Assembly: GCA_038150265.1 (NCBI GenBank)
Contig: JAYOTF010000020.1
Span: forward strand, 1-61,218
Source: Deltaproteobacteria bacterium
Lineage (GTDB): Bacteria; SAR324; NAC60-12
Reading direction: 5' to 3'
Length of the DNA stretch: 61,218 nucleotides
The notes below the pieces were generated by a model. The model ran no database searches and was not told the DNA's origin. It saw only the letters and a program-made list of their open reading frames with translations. Position numbers and translations under genes: made by a program. This document shows positions 40,081 to 50,460 of this stretch, in pieces. Each line of letters starts with the position of its first letter. Position 1 is the stretch's first letter.

Positions 40081-41067
40081 TCATAGCTCGTCAGCAAAGT
40101 GGCAAGCGAGATGATGTCCGCCCAGTGGGCGCCACTGCGGAACCTCCTGACGGCAGCGCTCCTGGGCGTTGGGGCAACGGGTGTGAAAGCGGCACCCTGA
40201 AGGAATGTTGCTGGCACTGGGAATTTCCCCTGTCAGCTTGATGTGGTTGGACGGAGCATCCGGATCCAGCGAGGGAATCGCGGAAAGCAGCGCCTTGGTG
40301 TAAGGGTGCCGGGGCTGCGCAAACAGCTCCTTTGAGGTCGCGGTCTCAACGATGGAGCCCAGGTACATGACCGCCACCTGGTCGCAGATGTGTGCGACCA
40401 CGCTGAGGTCGTGGCTGATGAACAGGAAGGTGATGTCCAGGTCCTGTTGCAGCGACTTGAGCAGGTTGAGGATGTCGGCCTGGATCGAAACATCCAGAGC
40501 CGCGACGCTTTCGTCTGCGACCACAAACCGTGGCTGGCAGACCAGCGCCCGGGCGATGGAGATGCGCTGCCGCTGCCCTCCGGAGAAGGCGTGTGGGAAG
40601 CGCCTGAGGTGTTCGAGGTTGAGCCGGCACTTGGCGGCAATTTCCCGGACGCGTGCGTCGGTTTCTTCGCGTGAAGACGTCAGGCCCATGACTTCCAGCG
40701 GCTCGGCAATGATATCCCGGACGGTCATCCGTGGGCTGAGTGCGGCATAGGGGTCCTGAAAGATCAGCTGCGCCCGCTTGCGGTAGTCCTTGAGTTGCGT
40801 TTTGTTGAGCTGAGCGAGGTCGTAGTGGACGTCATCATCCTGGTAGTTGACGGATCCGGAGGTAATGGGAGCCGCTTTCAGGATGGCGCGTCCGAGGGTG
40901 GTCTTTCCGGAGCCGCTTTCGCCGACGAGGCCAAAGAAGGACCCGCGCGGGATGTCGAGGGAGATGTTATCGACTGCCCGAACCGGGGGGATGTTCTGGA
41001 AGAAGCTCTGTTTGAAGTTGAAGTGAACCGAGAGGTTGCGAACGGAAATGTGATGGGGCTGACTCAT
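40081..41067 (-). CDS. oligopeptide/dipeptide-family ABC ATPase (OppF/DppF-like)
   Basis: GESGSGKT, FSGGQRQR, C-terminal GCRFHTRC. Confidence 0.93.
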   Translation of the reverse strand: MSQPHHISVRNLSVHFNFKQSFFQNIPPVRAVDNISLDIPRGSFFGLVGESGSGKTTLGRAILKAAPITSGSVNYQDDDVHYDLAQLNKTQLKDYRKRAQLIFQDPYAALSPRMTVRDIIAEPLEVMGLTSSREETDARVREIAAKCRLNLEHLRRFPHAFSGGQRQRISIARALVCQPRFVVADESVAALDVSIQADILNLLKSLQQDLDITFLFISHDLSVVAHICDQVAVMYLGSIVETATSKELFAQPRHPYTKALLSAIPSLDPDAPSNHIKLTGEIPSASNIPSGCRFHTRCPNAQERCRQEVPQWRPLGGHHLACHFADEL

Positions 41068-42086
41068 GCAGGGGTCTCCGAAGCAGCAGGGGACGCGCTG
41101 GAATTCAGCAAGAAGCAGGCGCCTTGGTGGCCTTCACCCAGATCGGTGACCTGAGGGGCAGACGCCTCGCAGGTGCCAGAGAGGGCCTTGGGACAACGGG
41201 TGTGGAAGACGCATCCGGAGGGGCGTTCCAGGGGGCTGGGGATGTCGCCCGGGATGGGCGTGAGGGGCTGCCCGAGGTCTTCCAGCTTGGGGAGCGCGTT
41301 CAGGAGGCCCTGGGTGTATGGGTGCTGGGGCGTCCGGATCACCTGCCGGACGGTGCCGGTTTCGACGATGCGCCCCAGGTACATGACGGCCACCCGGTCG
41401 GCAGTCTGGGCAATGACGCTCAGGTCGTGGGTGATGAAGAGGATCGCCATGTGAAACTCGGAGACGAGGTCCTTCATCAGGTCCAGCACCTGCGCCTGAA
41501 TGGTCACATCCAGGGCGGTCGTGGGCTCATCGGCAATGAGCAGCTTGGGCTTGGTGGAGAGCGCCATGGCGATCATCGCCCGCTGTCGCATGCCTCCGGA
41601 GAACTCGAAGGCGTACTGATTGAACCGCCGAGCCGCATCGGAGATGCCCACGCGTTCCAGCATCTCAACAGAGAGCTCCTTTGCCTGCTTCTTGTTCAGC
41701 TTGGTGTGCAGCAGCAGTTGCTCAACCATCTGATCGCCAATGGTGATCGCGGGAGCAAAGCTGGCCATGGGCTCCTGAAAGATCATGGAAATGGCCCCGC
41801 CGCGGACGATGTTCAGTTCTCGGTTCTTGCGAAAGGCAAGGACGTCCACCTTTCCCTCACCGGTGTTGAGCCAGATCCGGCTTCCGGGTTCATAGAGGGT
41901 GTTTCCGGCATTGAGTTGCATCAGCGCCTTGGCGGTCACGGATTTCCCGGAGCCGCTTTCGCCCACCAGCCCCAGCACCTCTCCGGGAGCAATCTCGAAA
42001 TTGACATCCTCAACCGCCAGGATCTTGCCCTCATCCGTGTTGAAACGGATGTTGAGGTTTTCAACAGTGATCAACGGCTCGTTCAT
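41064..42086 (-). CDS. oligopeptide/dipeptide-family ABC ATPase (OppD/DppD-like)
   Basis: GESGSGKS, FSGGMRQR, DEPTTALDV. Confidence 0.93.
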   Translation of the reverse strand: MNEPLITVENLNIRFNTDEGKILAVEDVNFEIAPGEVLGLVGESGSGKSVTAKALMQLNAGNTLYEPGSRIWLNTGEGKVDVLAFRKNRELNIVRGGAISMIFQEPMASFAPAITIGDQMVEQLLLHTKLNKKQAKELSVEMLERVGISDAARRFNQYAFEFSGGMRQRAMIAMALSTKPKLLIADEPTTALDVTIQAQVLDLMKDLVSEFHMAILFITHDLSVIAQTADRVAVMYLGRIVETGTVRQVIRTPQHPYTQGLLNALPKLEDLGQPLTPIPGDIPSPLERPSGCVFHTRCPKALSGTCEASAPQVTDLGEGHQGACFLLNSSASPAASETPA

Positions 42087-43279
42087 GACTTGCGCTCCGT
42101 GTAAGGATCCGCCGCATCACGAAGACCGTCTCCAACAAACACAAAGGTCAACACAAGCAGGATGAAGAAGATGGTGGGAATGAAGTACCACTGGTAGTTG
42201 AGCAGCACGTCTGCGTTGGTCACATTTTGCAGCAAGGCGCCCAGCGAGTTGACCGGATCCTTCAGGCCCAGGCCAATGAAGCTGAGGGCGGTCTCGGAGA
42301 GGACCATGTACGGGAACGAGATGACCAGGTCGATGATGATGTAGCTGGTGAAGCTGGGGAGCAGGTGCCGGGCAATGATGTGCGCAGAAGAGGCGCCACA
42401 GAGCTGTGCGGCAAGGACGTATTCCTGGTTCCGCTCGGTCAGAAGGTGGGTCCGGACCCGGCGGGCCAGTGTGGGCCAGTTGATGAAGCCGATGATGATG
42501 GAGATGAAGAAGAACCGGGTTTCCGAGCTCCACTCATCTGGAATGAAGGCGGCCAGCGCCATGAAGAGCGGAATGATGGGGACGGTCCGGACGGCGTCGG
42601 TGACCATCTGGAGGATGCTGTCAAGGAGGCCTCCGAAGTAGCCGGAGACGCCTCCGATGATGAGCGCCAGCACAAAGCTGATGACGACTCCAATGGTGCC
42701 CACGGCCAGCGAGGTCCAGATCGCGTGCATGGTCCGGGAGAAGATGTCCTTGCCGGCCGACTCGGTTCCAAAGAGGTGAATGCCCCCTTGATCGACGCCA
42801 AAGAGGTGCGTGTTGAAGGTCAGCCCCGGAAACCGCACGTCCAGGAGTTCTCCCGGGAAGTCCCACTCAAAGGCAAAGAACGAGTACTGCCAGCCCTCCA
42901 CAAAGAACTGCACGTACCGGCGCTTCTCGGTGTTGATGGTGGTCACCCACCGGAAGTTGGTCTTGGCGGAGCGGGTTCGCTCGGGCGTGTGCAGGAAGGG
43001 CCGGAGCGAGCACCCGTTGTGGTCGCAGAACATCGGGATCTGGGGGGCGCCATTGAGGTAATCCTTGTTCCGTCCGGCAATCGTGGGGTCATACGGCGAG
43101 AGGAAGGGCGCAAACCAGCCCATCAGGACCATCACGATGAGGATGAAGCCGGCGATCATGGCCGAGCGGTTGCGGCGGAAGCGCTCCCAGATCAGTTGGC
43201 CCTGACTGGCGGTAAAGTAGGCTTCCTTGCGTTGCTGGTCGCTGGCTGCAGCCGGGGCATTCAGGGTGGCAGATGTCAT
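42083..43279 (-). CDS. ABC permease (OppC/DppC-like)
   Basis: HLFGT..GKDIFSR, EYVLAA..CGA (EAA-like loop), GDGLRDAADP. Confidence 0.92.
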   Translation of the reverse strand: MTSATLNAPAAASDQQRKEAYFTASQGQLIWERFRRNRSAMIAGFILIVMVLMGWFAPFLSPYDPTIAGRNKDYLNGAPQIPMFCDHNGCSLRPFLHTPERTRSAKTNFRWVTTINTEKRRYVQFFVEGWQYSFFAFEWDFPGELLDVRFPGLTFNTHLFGVDQGGIHLFGTESAGKDIFSRTMHAIWTSLAVGTIGVVISFVLALIIGGVSGYFGGLLDSILQMVTDAVRTVPIIPLFMALAAFIPDEWSSETRFFFISIIIGFINWPTLARRVRTHLLTERNQEYVLAAQLCGASSAHIIARHLLPSFTSYIIIDLVISFPYMVLSETALSFIGLGLKDPVNSLGALLQNVTNADVLLNYQWYFIPTIFFILLVLTFVFVGDGLRDAADPYTERKS

Positions 43280-43281
43280 CG

Positions 43282-44292
43282 TTAACCTCCCATGAAGCTC
43301 TTGCGGACCCGAGGGTCGATCAGAGCGAGCAGGATGTCCGTGAGGAAGTTGAGGCCCACAATGGAGGCCGTCAGCATGAAGATGATGGCGCCAGCGAGCT
43401 GCTGGTCATTGGACCGGGCCAGGGCTTCCAGCAACAGCGCGCCCGCCTCGGTGAGGGTGAGGATGATGGCGACAATCGGGAGCTGGTTGAAGACTCGGTT
43501 GAGGTCAAAGCCGAGGGAGTTGATGATGGGGCCCAGGGCGTGCTTGGACGGATACCGCCAGAGCAGGCGCCAGCCATACAGCCCCCGGGCTTTGGCCGCC
43601 GTGACATAGAGTTTGCCGATTTCGTCAGAGATGAGCGCCCGGACGGTCTGGAGGGCAAAGGCGGTGGCGCCCCACCCCAGGATGAAGATGGGCAGCCAGG
43701 CGTGCGACAGGAAATCGAGGAAACGGGCCCAGGACCACTCGGCATCCCGGAATTCGGGAGAGAAGAGTCCGGTGAGCGTGTCTCCAAAGTAGACGGTGGA
43801 AAAGAGCATGATGATCAAGGCCAGCAGGAAGTTGGGCATGGCCAACCCGAGGTAAGAGATGAGCCTCAGGGTGTTGTTGACCACCGCACTGTTGGCAGTG
43901 GCAGAGATGATGCCGATGGGAACCGCAATCAGGTAGGCCAGGAAGAGGGCCACAAAGCAGAGCCCCAGAGAGAACCAGATCTTTTCCCCCAGCAACTGGT
44001 TGATGCTGACGCGCAGGATGCAGCTTTCGCCAAAGTCTCCGTAGACAAAGACGTTGTTGACCCACTTTCCCCACCGGATGATGAAGGGCTGATCAAGCCC
44101 GAGCCGAATTTCTTCTGCCCGGATGTCTTCGACCGTGATCTGGGAACCCTGTGTGTTCTTGAAGGCAAGGTACCGTTCCGCGCAGTTGGCAGGCACCATC
44201 TCCATCAGCGTAAAGACGATGAAGGAGACCATCAGGAGGGTGAGCAAGGCCATCACGGCCCGCGTCAGCGTGAAGCGGGCAAATTGCAGCAT
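43282..44292 (-). CDS. ABC permease (OppB/DppB-like)
   Basis: GLDQP, GDFGES, YVTAAKARGL, DPRVR. Confidence 0.92.
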   Translation of the reverse strand: MLQFARFTLTRAVMALLTLLMVSFIVFTLMEMVPANCAERYLAFKNTQGSQITVEDIRAEEIRLGLDQPFIIRWGKWVNNVFVYGDFGESCILRVSINQLLGEKIWFSLGLCFVALFLAYLIAVPIGIISATANSAVVNNTLRLISYLGLAMPNFLLALIIMLFSTVYFGDTLTGLFSPEFRDAEWSWARFLDFLSHAWLPIFILGWGATAFALQTVRALISDEIGKLYVTAAKARGLYGWRLLWRYPSKHALGPIINSLGFDLNRVFNQLPIVAIILTLTEAGALLLEALARSNDQQLAGAIIFMLTASIVGLNFLTDILLALIDPRVRKSFMGG

Positions 44293-44385
44293 ATCCGGTT
44301 TGGAGAGGAGGTTGAACGGAGGAGGCGGGGCTCCTCCGTAACTCGGGACAGGAGCGCCGGAAACGCTCCTGCGGGACTCAGGCGA

Positions 44386-46455
44386 TCAGTTCGCCAGGTA
44401 CCACTGCGCGCCCCGGTAGGGGAAGGTGCGGTAGTACTCGTAAGAGGTCGTCTTGAACTCCGGGAAGTTCTTCAGACCGTTGGAGCGGTAGATGGGCTCC
44501 GGTCCGAGAACCGTGCCGATGAAGAGCAGGTTCTTGGCCATGTTCTCCACCAGGCGGGCGCCCAGGCGGCTGGACTCCGCGGATCCGGGAGCGGCGGACT
44601 GGAAGGCGTTGATGTCGGCCACCATGTCCATGACGTACTGCGGCGGCTTCACGCCCTTGGCTCCGTTGGACTCCACATACTCGGCCCAGAGCATACCGGT
44701 GCGGTGGGCGAAGTAGTTCTCAAACGGCGGCAGGAACAGCTCGGCATTTCCGAGAATGATGGCCATGGGTTGGCCCTTTTCCCACATGCCCACGTCCAGC
44801 TTGTTGGACGACTGGGAGGAGCGGTACTCGTCAGGGGTCACCTCTTTCGTGGTCGACTGCACCCCAACGGCGTTCCAGTACTGAGCCACCATCTCGGCGA
44901 GCTGAGAAGACATGCCCTGAGTGGCAAACTGCATGTTCAGCACGAGCTTCTTGCCGTTCGGGAGCTCCCGGTAGCCGTCGCCATCGACGTCCTTCATGCC
45001 CACCTGATCCAACAGCTTCTTGGCCTGGTCCGGATCATACTGAGCGTAGTAGCTCTTCCACTTGGCGTCCACAAACTTCGGAGCCGGGGAGAAGCCGATG
45101 TACTGCTGCGGGGTGCCGAGTCCGAGGAAGGCCACGTCGTTCAGCTCATCGCGGTTGATGGCCAGGGACATGGCCTGACGGAAGCGGAGGTCCCCAAAGA
45201 CCTTGCGCTTCTCCAGGTCCTCTGAGGTGACGTTGAAGGAGAAGGTCGGCATGGCAATGGCCGGCTTCAGGTAGACCGTGTAGTCTCCCTTTTCCTGTCC
45301 GTCGAGGAGGAAGGGCGCGTCCGGCAGCTTGAAGGACTGCGCCTTGTACTCGATCTCGCCGTTCATCGCCTTGAGCTTGCGGACTTCGTGGTCGTTGATG
45401 TAGACCTCATCCTGCTCGCTGATGTACGGAAGCTGGTTGCCCTGGGTGTCCACCATGAAGAAGTACGGGTTGGCGACGAGGTGCCGTCCTTCCGTGGTGT
45501 CGGTGACGTAGATGTGGCTCTCAAGCGTCGGCACGACGTCGGCCGGGAGCTTGGCCACCTTGTCCGGGTTGTTCAGCAACGGAGAGGGCGTATCGGTCCA
45601 GTCGGAGCTGCCGTAGTACGCCTTGATGACGGCATAGCCGTTCTCGAAGCCGGCGGCCTTTGCCAGCTTGTCGGCGTCCTTGTTGAACTTCGGATGGAAT
45701 TGCCCCAGGAAGTGCTTGGGCTGGAAGCCCTGGGCGTAGCTGGTGGCAAAGTGGGCCAGCAGTCCGGGCTTGGGTGCCGGGAGGATGAACTTGACGGTGG
45801 TCTCATTGACCACTTCCACCTTCATGCGCTCGCCTCCAACGAGGAGGAAGTCCTTGGGCTTCTCCACCACGTTGGTGTCAAAGTTCAGGTCGTCGTACCA
45901 GAACTTGATGTCTTCTGCCGTGAAGGGGGCGCCATCGGACCACTTGTGGCCCTTGCGCAGGAAGAAGGTCAGCTCGGTGTAGTCGCTGTTCCATTCCCAG
46001 TCCCTGGCGACGTTCGGGACAATGGTCTCCAGGTCGTCGGAGTACCGGACGAGGTTGACGTGTCGGACCGAGAGGAAGTCGGAGGTTCCGGCTTCCGTTG
46101 CGTTGGAGAGTGCCCGGAAGGTGCCACCGTAGGTGCCAATGGCGTCATAAGGCGCCACGACCAGGGGCTCTTCCGGAAGCCGATCCTTCACCGACGGCAG
46201 GCTCTGCGAGTTTCCCCGGATGCGGGCGTTCAGCGCCTTGATGGCTGGATTTTCCGAAAAGGAAAGATCGCAGTTTGCGTTCTTCTCAAAGGTGCTCAGC
46301 TCGAATTGCTGGGGGTACTTGCCAGGGGCCACCCCCTTCATGTCGGCAACAGTCACCGCCGGGCACGCTGCCCAGGCAGAGGAAGTCAGACCCAGCAACA
46401 GCCCTGAAAGCGCCAGTCCCTTGCTGGTTCGATGGAAGAGATTACTGTGAGGCAT
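44386..46455 (-). CDS. family 5 ABC substrate-binding protein
   Basis: Signal peptide, LPSVKDRLPEEP, LRKGHKWSDGAPFTAED, GNQLPYI, FRQAMSLAINR. Confidence 0.92.
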   Translation of the reverse strand: MPHSNLFHRTSKGLALSGLLLGLTSSAWAACPAVTVADMKGVAPGKYPQQFELSTFEKNANCDLSFSENPAIKALNARIRGNSQSLPSVKDRLPEEPLVVAPYDAIGTYGGTFRALSNATEAGTSDFLSVRHVNLVRYSDDLETIVPNVARDWEWNSDYTELTFFLRKGHKWSDGAPFTAEDIKFWYDDLNFDTNVVEKPKDFLLVGGERMKVEVVNETTVKFILPAPKPGLLAHFATSYAQGFQPKHFLGQFHPKFNKDADKLAKAAGFENGYAVIKAYYGSSDWTDTPSPLLNNPDKVAKLPADVVPTLESHIYVTDTTEGRHLVANPYFFMVDTQGNQLPYISEQDEVYINDHEVRKLKAMNGEIEYKAQSFKLPDAPFLLDGQEKGDYTVYLKPAIAMPTFSFNVTSEDLEKRKVFGDLRFRQAMSLAINRDELNDVAFLGLGTPQQYIGFSPAPKFVDAKWKSYYAQYDPDQAKKLLDQVGMKDVDGDGYRELPNGKKLVLNMQFATQGMSSQLAEMVAQYWNAVGVQSTTKEVTPDEYRSSQSSNKLDVGMWEKGQPMAIILGNAELFLPPFENYFAHRTGMLWAEYVESNGAKGVKPPQYVMDMVADINAFQSAAPGSAESSRLGARLVENMAKNLLFIGTVLGPEPIYRSNGLKNFPEFKTTSYEYYRTFPYRGAQWYLAN

Positions 46456-46722
46456 CGTGCTTCTCCAGAATAGTTTTGTCGGAATCCGCTTGTCCGAATT
46501 GGAACCAAGATAGAGTCGGCTACCCCGACATGTAGCGACCGCGGGATGTTTTCAAAAGCTCGTGTAGGATGCAAGTCAATTGTTAGGATTTGATTGGAAT
46601 TTGAGAATTTGATGCTCATTTTTCAACCAATCGTGATTTTCCAGATTTCCGTTGTTTCGTCCGAAAATCCGCAGTAGAGTGGCGCCTGGCGATGATGTTC
46701 TCCTCCTCTCGGCAAACCAGCC

Positions 46723-47610
46723 ATGTCTCCTGCTCTGACCCTCAAGCGTCCGTCCTTTTTCAACCTCACCCCTGCCACCAGTTGGACCCTGCTGGGGTAC
46801 TTTCTGCTGGCCTCCAACATTGCTGCAGAGAAGTGGCTCCTCGGGGCCTATGACTTCAAGGAAATCAATTTTGCAACGGCGTCGCTGATCATGCTCCTGA
46901 CGGCGCTGCAGGAGGGGGCGCAGAAGCGTTCCCTGAGCCGCCTGATCCCGAGGCGCTGGCCCGTGCTGCTGGTGATTTCGCTGTGCACGCTGGTGGCGTG
47001 GACGGGGTTTGTGTACTCCCTCATTGGGATGTCCATGTTCGAGTATGGGGCCATGAGCCTGCTCTCTCCGTTGGTGATGGGGGCGCTGGCGATTGTGCTG
47101 CTGAAGGAGCAGCCGCCGAAAGCGCTTGGGGTGGGCCTGGCGCTGGGGCTGGCCGGAGGGTTGCTGCTGGTCAAGGGAGACTGGCGCGGCGTGGGCGAGT
47201 GGCAGTATCACCTGTTCATGCTGCTTTCGCTGCTGGCCGCCTCCTTTCGGTGGATTCTGGTGAAGCGCATTGGCGATTCGATTCCCACCTCAGCCCTGAT
47301 TTTTTGGGAGCCCCTGATGGTGCTGGTCGCCATGGGGACCCTGATCGACTTCTCGGCGCTGTGGGAGCGCTTTGAGTGGTCGTTCCTCTCTGCCGCGTTT
47401 TTGCTCTTTCTTTCCCGGCAGTGCCTGGTTCGGGCGTATCAGGCGCAGGACACGACGGCCACCTCGGTAGCCGCTCTGATTTACACCAAGCTGGGGTGGA
47501 CCCTGATGTTTGGCTTCCTCATCTGGGGAACGGTTCCCACCTGGCGCGAATGGCTCGGGGTGCTCTTCATTGTGGGCGGAAGCTGGATGGTGCTGCGCCG
47601 TCCGGCGTGA
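46723..47610 (+). CDS. DMT/EamA family transporter
   Basis: About 10 hydrophobic segments; LLKE motif and FLIWG..P C-terminal pattern. Confidence 0.8.
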   Translation: MSPALTLKRPSFFNLTPATSWTLLGYFLLASNIAAEKWLLGAYDFKEINFATASLIMLLTALQEGAQKRSLSRLIPRRWPVLLVISLCTLVAWTGFVYSLIGMSMFEYGAMSLLSPLVMGALAIVLLKEQPPKALGVGLALGLAGGLLLVKGDWRGVGEWQYHLFMLLSLLAASFRWILVKRIGDSIPTSALIFWEPLMVLVAMGTLIDFSALWERFEWSFLSAAFLLFLSRQCLVRAYQAQDTTATSVAALIYTKLGWTLMFGFLIWGTVPTWREWLGVLFIVGGSWMVLRRPA

Positions 47611-47614
47611 GCGC

Positions 47615-48826
47615 TCAGGCGGCGATGAAGCGTGCGAGGTACTCGGACCGCGCATCCGCAAACCACTGGGGCTCTCGTGGCCAGGGCCACACCTCATAGA
47701 GCGACTTCCCGGGGAAGACCTGGTCGAAGTGGCGTCCGTAGGTTTCAGAGGCAAATTGGTCGGCACCCAGAACCGCTGAGTTGTAGCCGTGCATGCCCCA
47801 CCCTTCCACGTCTCCTCCGTCAATGGAGCGCCCGGCGACTTCCGGATCACAGCAAAAGTCCAGGAAGGCATAGGCCTGCTCCTCATTTTCTGCATAGGCT
47901 GAGAGGCTGAGCCCCCGGACCCACGCCAGGGCGCCTTCCTGAGGCGCTCGATACGTGAGCGGCAAGCCCTCATGCACCTGCGTCAAGGCAGGGCCATCCC
48001 AGACCTGCCCGAGGATGATCTCGTCTTGTGCAAAGCCCGCCTTCAGAGAAGCCGGGTCTTCCCAAAAGCGCTTGAACTGCGATTTGTTGTCGATGCAGTA
48101 CTGGGTCAGCTTTTCCCAAATGGGGCGCATCAGCTTCTCATCGCGGTAGGCGTAGGTCATGTCTCCGGGAGAGAGGATGCCGAGGGTCTCGAGGTAGAGG
48201 CCGGTGCCCACCATTCCGGAAAACGGACGCATCATGACCTGCCCCCGCAGTTCCGGACGCCAGAGGTCGCCATAACTGGGTTGCGGGCGCTCGGCTCCGG
48301 ATGAGTCCTTGATCTCGCTGGCTTCCGGTTCCCAGAGGTCGTGCCGCCAGGCAATGCCTTCGGTGCCCCAGATGTGAGGGATCCAGCGGGAACCCTCTTC
48401 GCCGAAGTTCCAGTCGGAGTCGCCGACGGAGAGCATGTTGGGATTCAGGTTCTGGATGTTGGGAATCCGGGTGTAGTCGATGGGCTGCAGGAGCCCCAGC
48501 GATTCCCACTGGGTGGAGAGCATGTGAGAGGGGCTGCACACGTCGATTCCCCGCCCGCGGCCTTCCTGCATGCGCTCAAACACCTCCTTGTCGGAGTTCA
48601 CCGTGATCAGGTTGAGCGTGATGCCCGATGCTTCCTGAAAGGCCTGGATGAATCCCGGAGGGCAGTAGTCGGACCAGGTGAGAACGTTGACCTCTCCGGA
48701 CGTCTGGGCAAATGCGGAGTTGGGTCGAATCCACGGGCCCACTGCGGCAGCAAGGGCGGCGCTGCCCATCAGCTTGAGGGCTTGGCGTCGTTTCAGGGTC
48801 GGAGCAGAAGCGGAGGAGACGGTCAT
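47615..48826 (-). CDS. PotD/PotF-like solute-binding protein with Tat signal (orphan)
   Basis: KRRQALK twin-arginine signal, LTWSDY, WGTEGI, VWDG, PQEG. Confidence 0.82.
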   Translation of the reverse strand: MTVSSASAPTLKRRQALKLMGSAALAAAVGPWIRPNSAFAQTSGEVNVLTWSDYCPPGFIQAFQEASGITLNLITVNSDKEVFERMQEGRGRGIDVCSPSHMLSTQWESLGLLQPIDYTRIPNIQNLNPNMLSVGDSDWNFGEEGSRWIPHIWGTEGIAWRHDLWEPEASEIKDSSGAERPQPSYGDLWRPELRGQVMMRPFSGMVGTGLYLETLGILSPGDMTYAYRDEKLMRPIWEKLTQYCIDNKSQFKRFWEDPASLKAGFAQDEIILGQVWDGPALTQVHEGLPLTYRAPQEGALAWVRGLSLSAYAENEEQAYAFLDFCCDPEVAGRSIDGGDVEGWGMHGYNSAVLGADQFASETYGRHFDQVFPGKSLYEVWPWPREPQWFADARSEYLARFIAA

Positions 48827-48932
48827 GATCAATGAAATGGCAGCATGAAGGAGCATCAGGAACAACGGGGTGACCTGCCGGGTCGGCCCTGTAGGATGTC
48901 CTGAGTGTAAGGACTATTGCAAGGAATTCCCA

Positions 48933-49676
48933 ATGGAAACTGAGCGAGCCCCTGGAATGACGCATCGGGAGCTGCACTGGAAGGACGGCGTTCCCGTTTC
49001 CCGGCGGTTTGGAGACGTGTACTTCTCTCGAGGAGATGGGCTGGAAGAGGCCCGGCACGTGTTCCTGAACGGAAACCAGCTGACGGCACGCTGGCCATCG
49101 GGCGCGGCGCTGAGGATCGGAGAGTTGGGGTTTGGTTCCGGGCTGAACTTCCTGGCCACCTGGCAGGCGTGGCGGCAGCAGGAGCGCCCCGGGAAGCTGT
49201 GCTTTGCCTCGGTGGAGCGCTACCCACTGGCGCGTCCGGACCTGCAAGCCGTGGTTGCGCTGTGGCCCGAGCTGGCTCCGGAAGCCCAGCAGCTCGTGGC
49301 CGCCTATCCGGAAACGCCCCAGGGGCGTTGGCAGCACTGCTGGGGAAACGTGGAGCTGCAGGTTGACTTTCAAGAGGCTGCAGAGGCGCTTGCCTGTTGG
49401 CCTGCTGGAGCAATCGAGGCGTGGTTTCTGGACGGGTTCAGCCCGAAAGTGAATCCGGACCTCTGGGCCCCCGAGTTGCTGAAAGAGGTGTTTCGCATCA
49501 CTCAGCCTGGCGGGACGGGCGCGACCTACACGGTGGCAGGAGCGGTCCGGCGGGCGCTGCAGGCCGCGGGGTTCCGGCTGGAGAAGCGTCCGGGTTTTGG
49601 CAAGAAACGCGAGATGCTGACCTTCCAGAAGCCCGGGAGCGCAGCGAAGACGCATCCGGAAGACGCATCCGATTGA
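48933..49676 (+). CDS. mnmD: tRNA mnm5s2U34 methyltransferase (stand-alone MnmC N-terminal domain)
   Basis: FGDVYFS, ELGFGSGLNF, WFLDGFSP..NPDLW, GFGKKREML. Confidence 0.9.
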   Translation: METERAPGMTHRELHWKDGVPVSRRFGDVYFSRGDGLEEARHVFLNGNQLTARWPSGAALRIGELGFGSGLNFLATWQAWRQQERPGKLCFASVERYPLARPDLQAVVALWPELAPEAQQLVAAYPETPQGRWQHCWGNVELQVDFQEAAEALACWPAGAIEAWFLDGFSPKVNPDLWAPELLKEVFRITQPGGTGATYTVAGAVRRALQAAGFRLEKRPGFGKKREMLTFQKPGSAAKTHPEDASD

Positions 49677-49740
49677 GTGCTTCAGCGACATAGGGAGAAT
49701 GTCTCTCAACCGGATGCGTCCAGATCGTCTCCTGGAGGCC

Positions 49741-50457
49741 TCACTCGGCGGCAGGCAGCTCGCGCTTGTGCGGTGGCGGAAACGCGTATCCCCCCACCCG
49801 GGAAGTTCGGTAGCCAAGCCGCACCAGGCTTTCGCACAAGGCGACTGCTGAAGCGACCCCATCCAACACCGGCACACCAAAGCGTTCCGAAAGCGAAGCC
49901 GCCAGGTCGGTCATGCCGGCACAGCCGAGCACGATGGCTTCTGCCCGGTCCTCCTCGATTGCCCGCCGGATTTCGTCCTCAATGCGCCGAGAGGCATCAG
50001 AATGCTCGTCCTCCAACTCCAGCACGGCCACCTCTGAAGACCGGACCCGGACGCAGCGGCGGTCGAGTCCGTAGCGGTGAAGGTTGTGTTCCAGCGCTGG
50101 AACCGAGCGCCCGAGGGTGGTGACCACGGAAAACTTGTTGCTCAGCAGAGACGCCATGTGGTAGGCCGCTTCACCGATGCCGACGACGGGTCGATCCGTC
50201 AGGCAGCGCGCGGCATCGAGCCCGGTATCGTCAAAGCAGGCGATGACGACCGCATCAAACTCCGGAGCCGCCCGCAGGGTGGCCAGCAGTCCGGCTAGGC
50301 TCATGGCTTCGTCGTAGTAGCCCTCAATGGACTCGGGACCAAACAGAGACGTCTGGGCAAGGATTTCAGTGCCCGGAGAGGCGACCTGTTGGGCGGCATG
50401 ACCGATCTTTTGGGTCATGCTGTCGGTGGTGTTGGGATTGACAACCAGAATTCGCAT
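49741..50457 (-). CDS. hydantoin/allantoin racemase (Asp/Glu racemase family)
   Basis: VNPNTT, IACFDD, LGCAGM. Confidence 0.9.
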   Translation of the reverse strand: MRILVVNPNTTDSMTQKIGHAAQQVASPGTEILAQTSLFGPESIEGYYDEAMSLAGLLATLRAAPEFDAVVIACFDDTGLDAARCLTDRPVVGIGEAAYHMASLLSNKFSVVTTLGRSVPALEHNLHRYGLDRRCVRVRSSEVAVLELEDEHSDASRRIEDEIRRAIEEDRAEAIVLGCAGMTDLAASLSERFGVPVLDGVASAVALCESLVRLGYRTSRVGGYAFPPPHKRELPAAE

Positions 50458-50460
50458 GGC

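Noticed and set aside
44327..44376. Twin hairpins after the family 5 SBP gene as a novel RNA
   Set aside because: Typical mRNA-stabilising or partial-termination stems between SBP and permease genes.
48933..49676. Truncated mnmC pseudogene
   Set aside because: Stand-alone MnmD domains are common and the ORF is intact.
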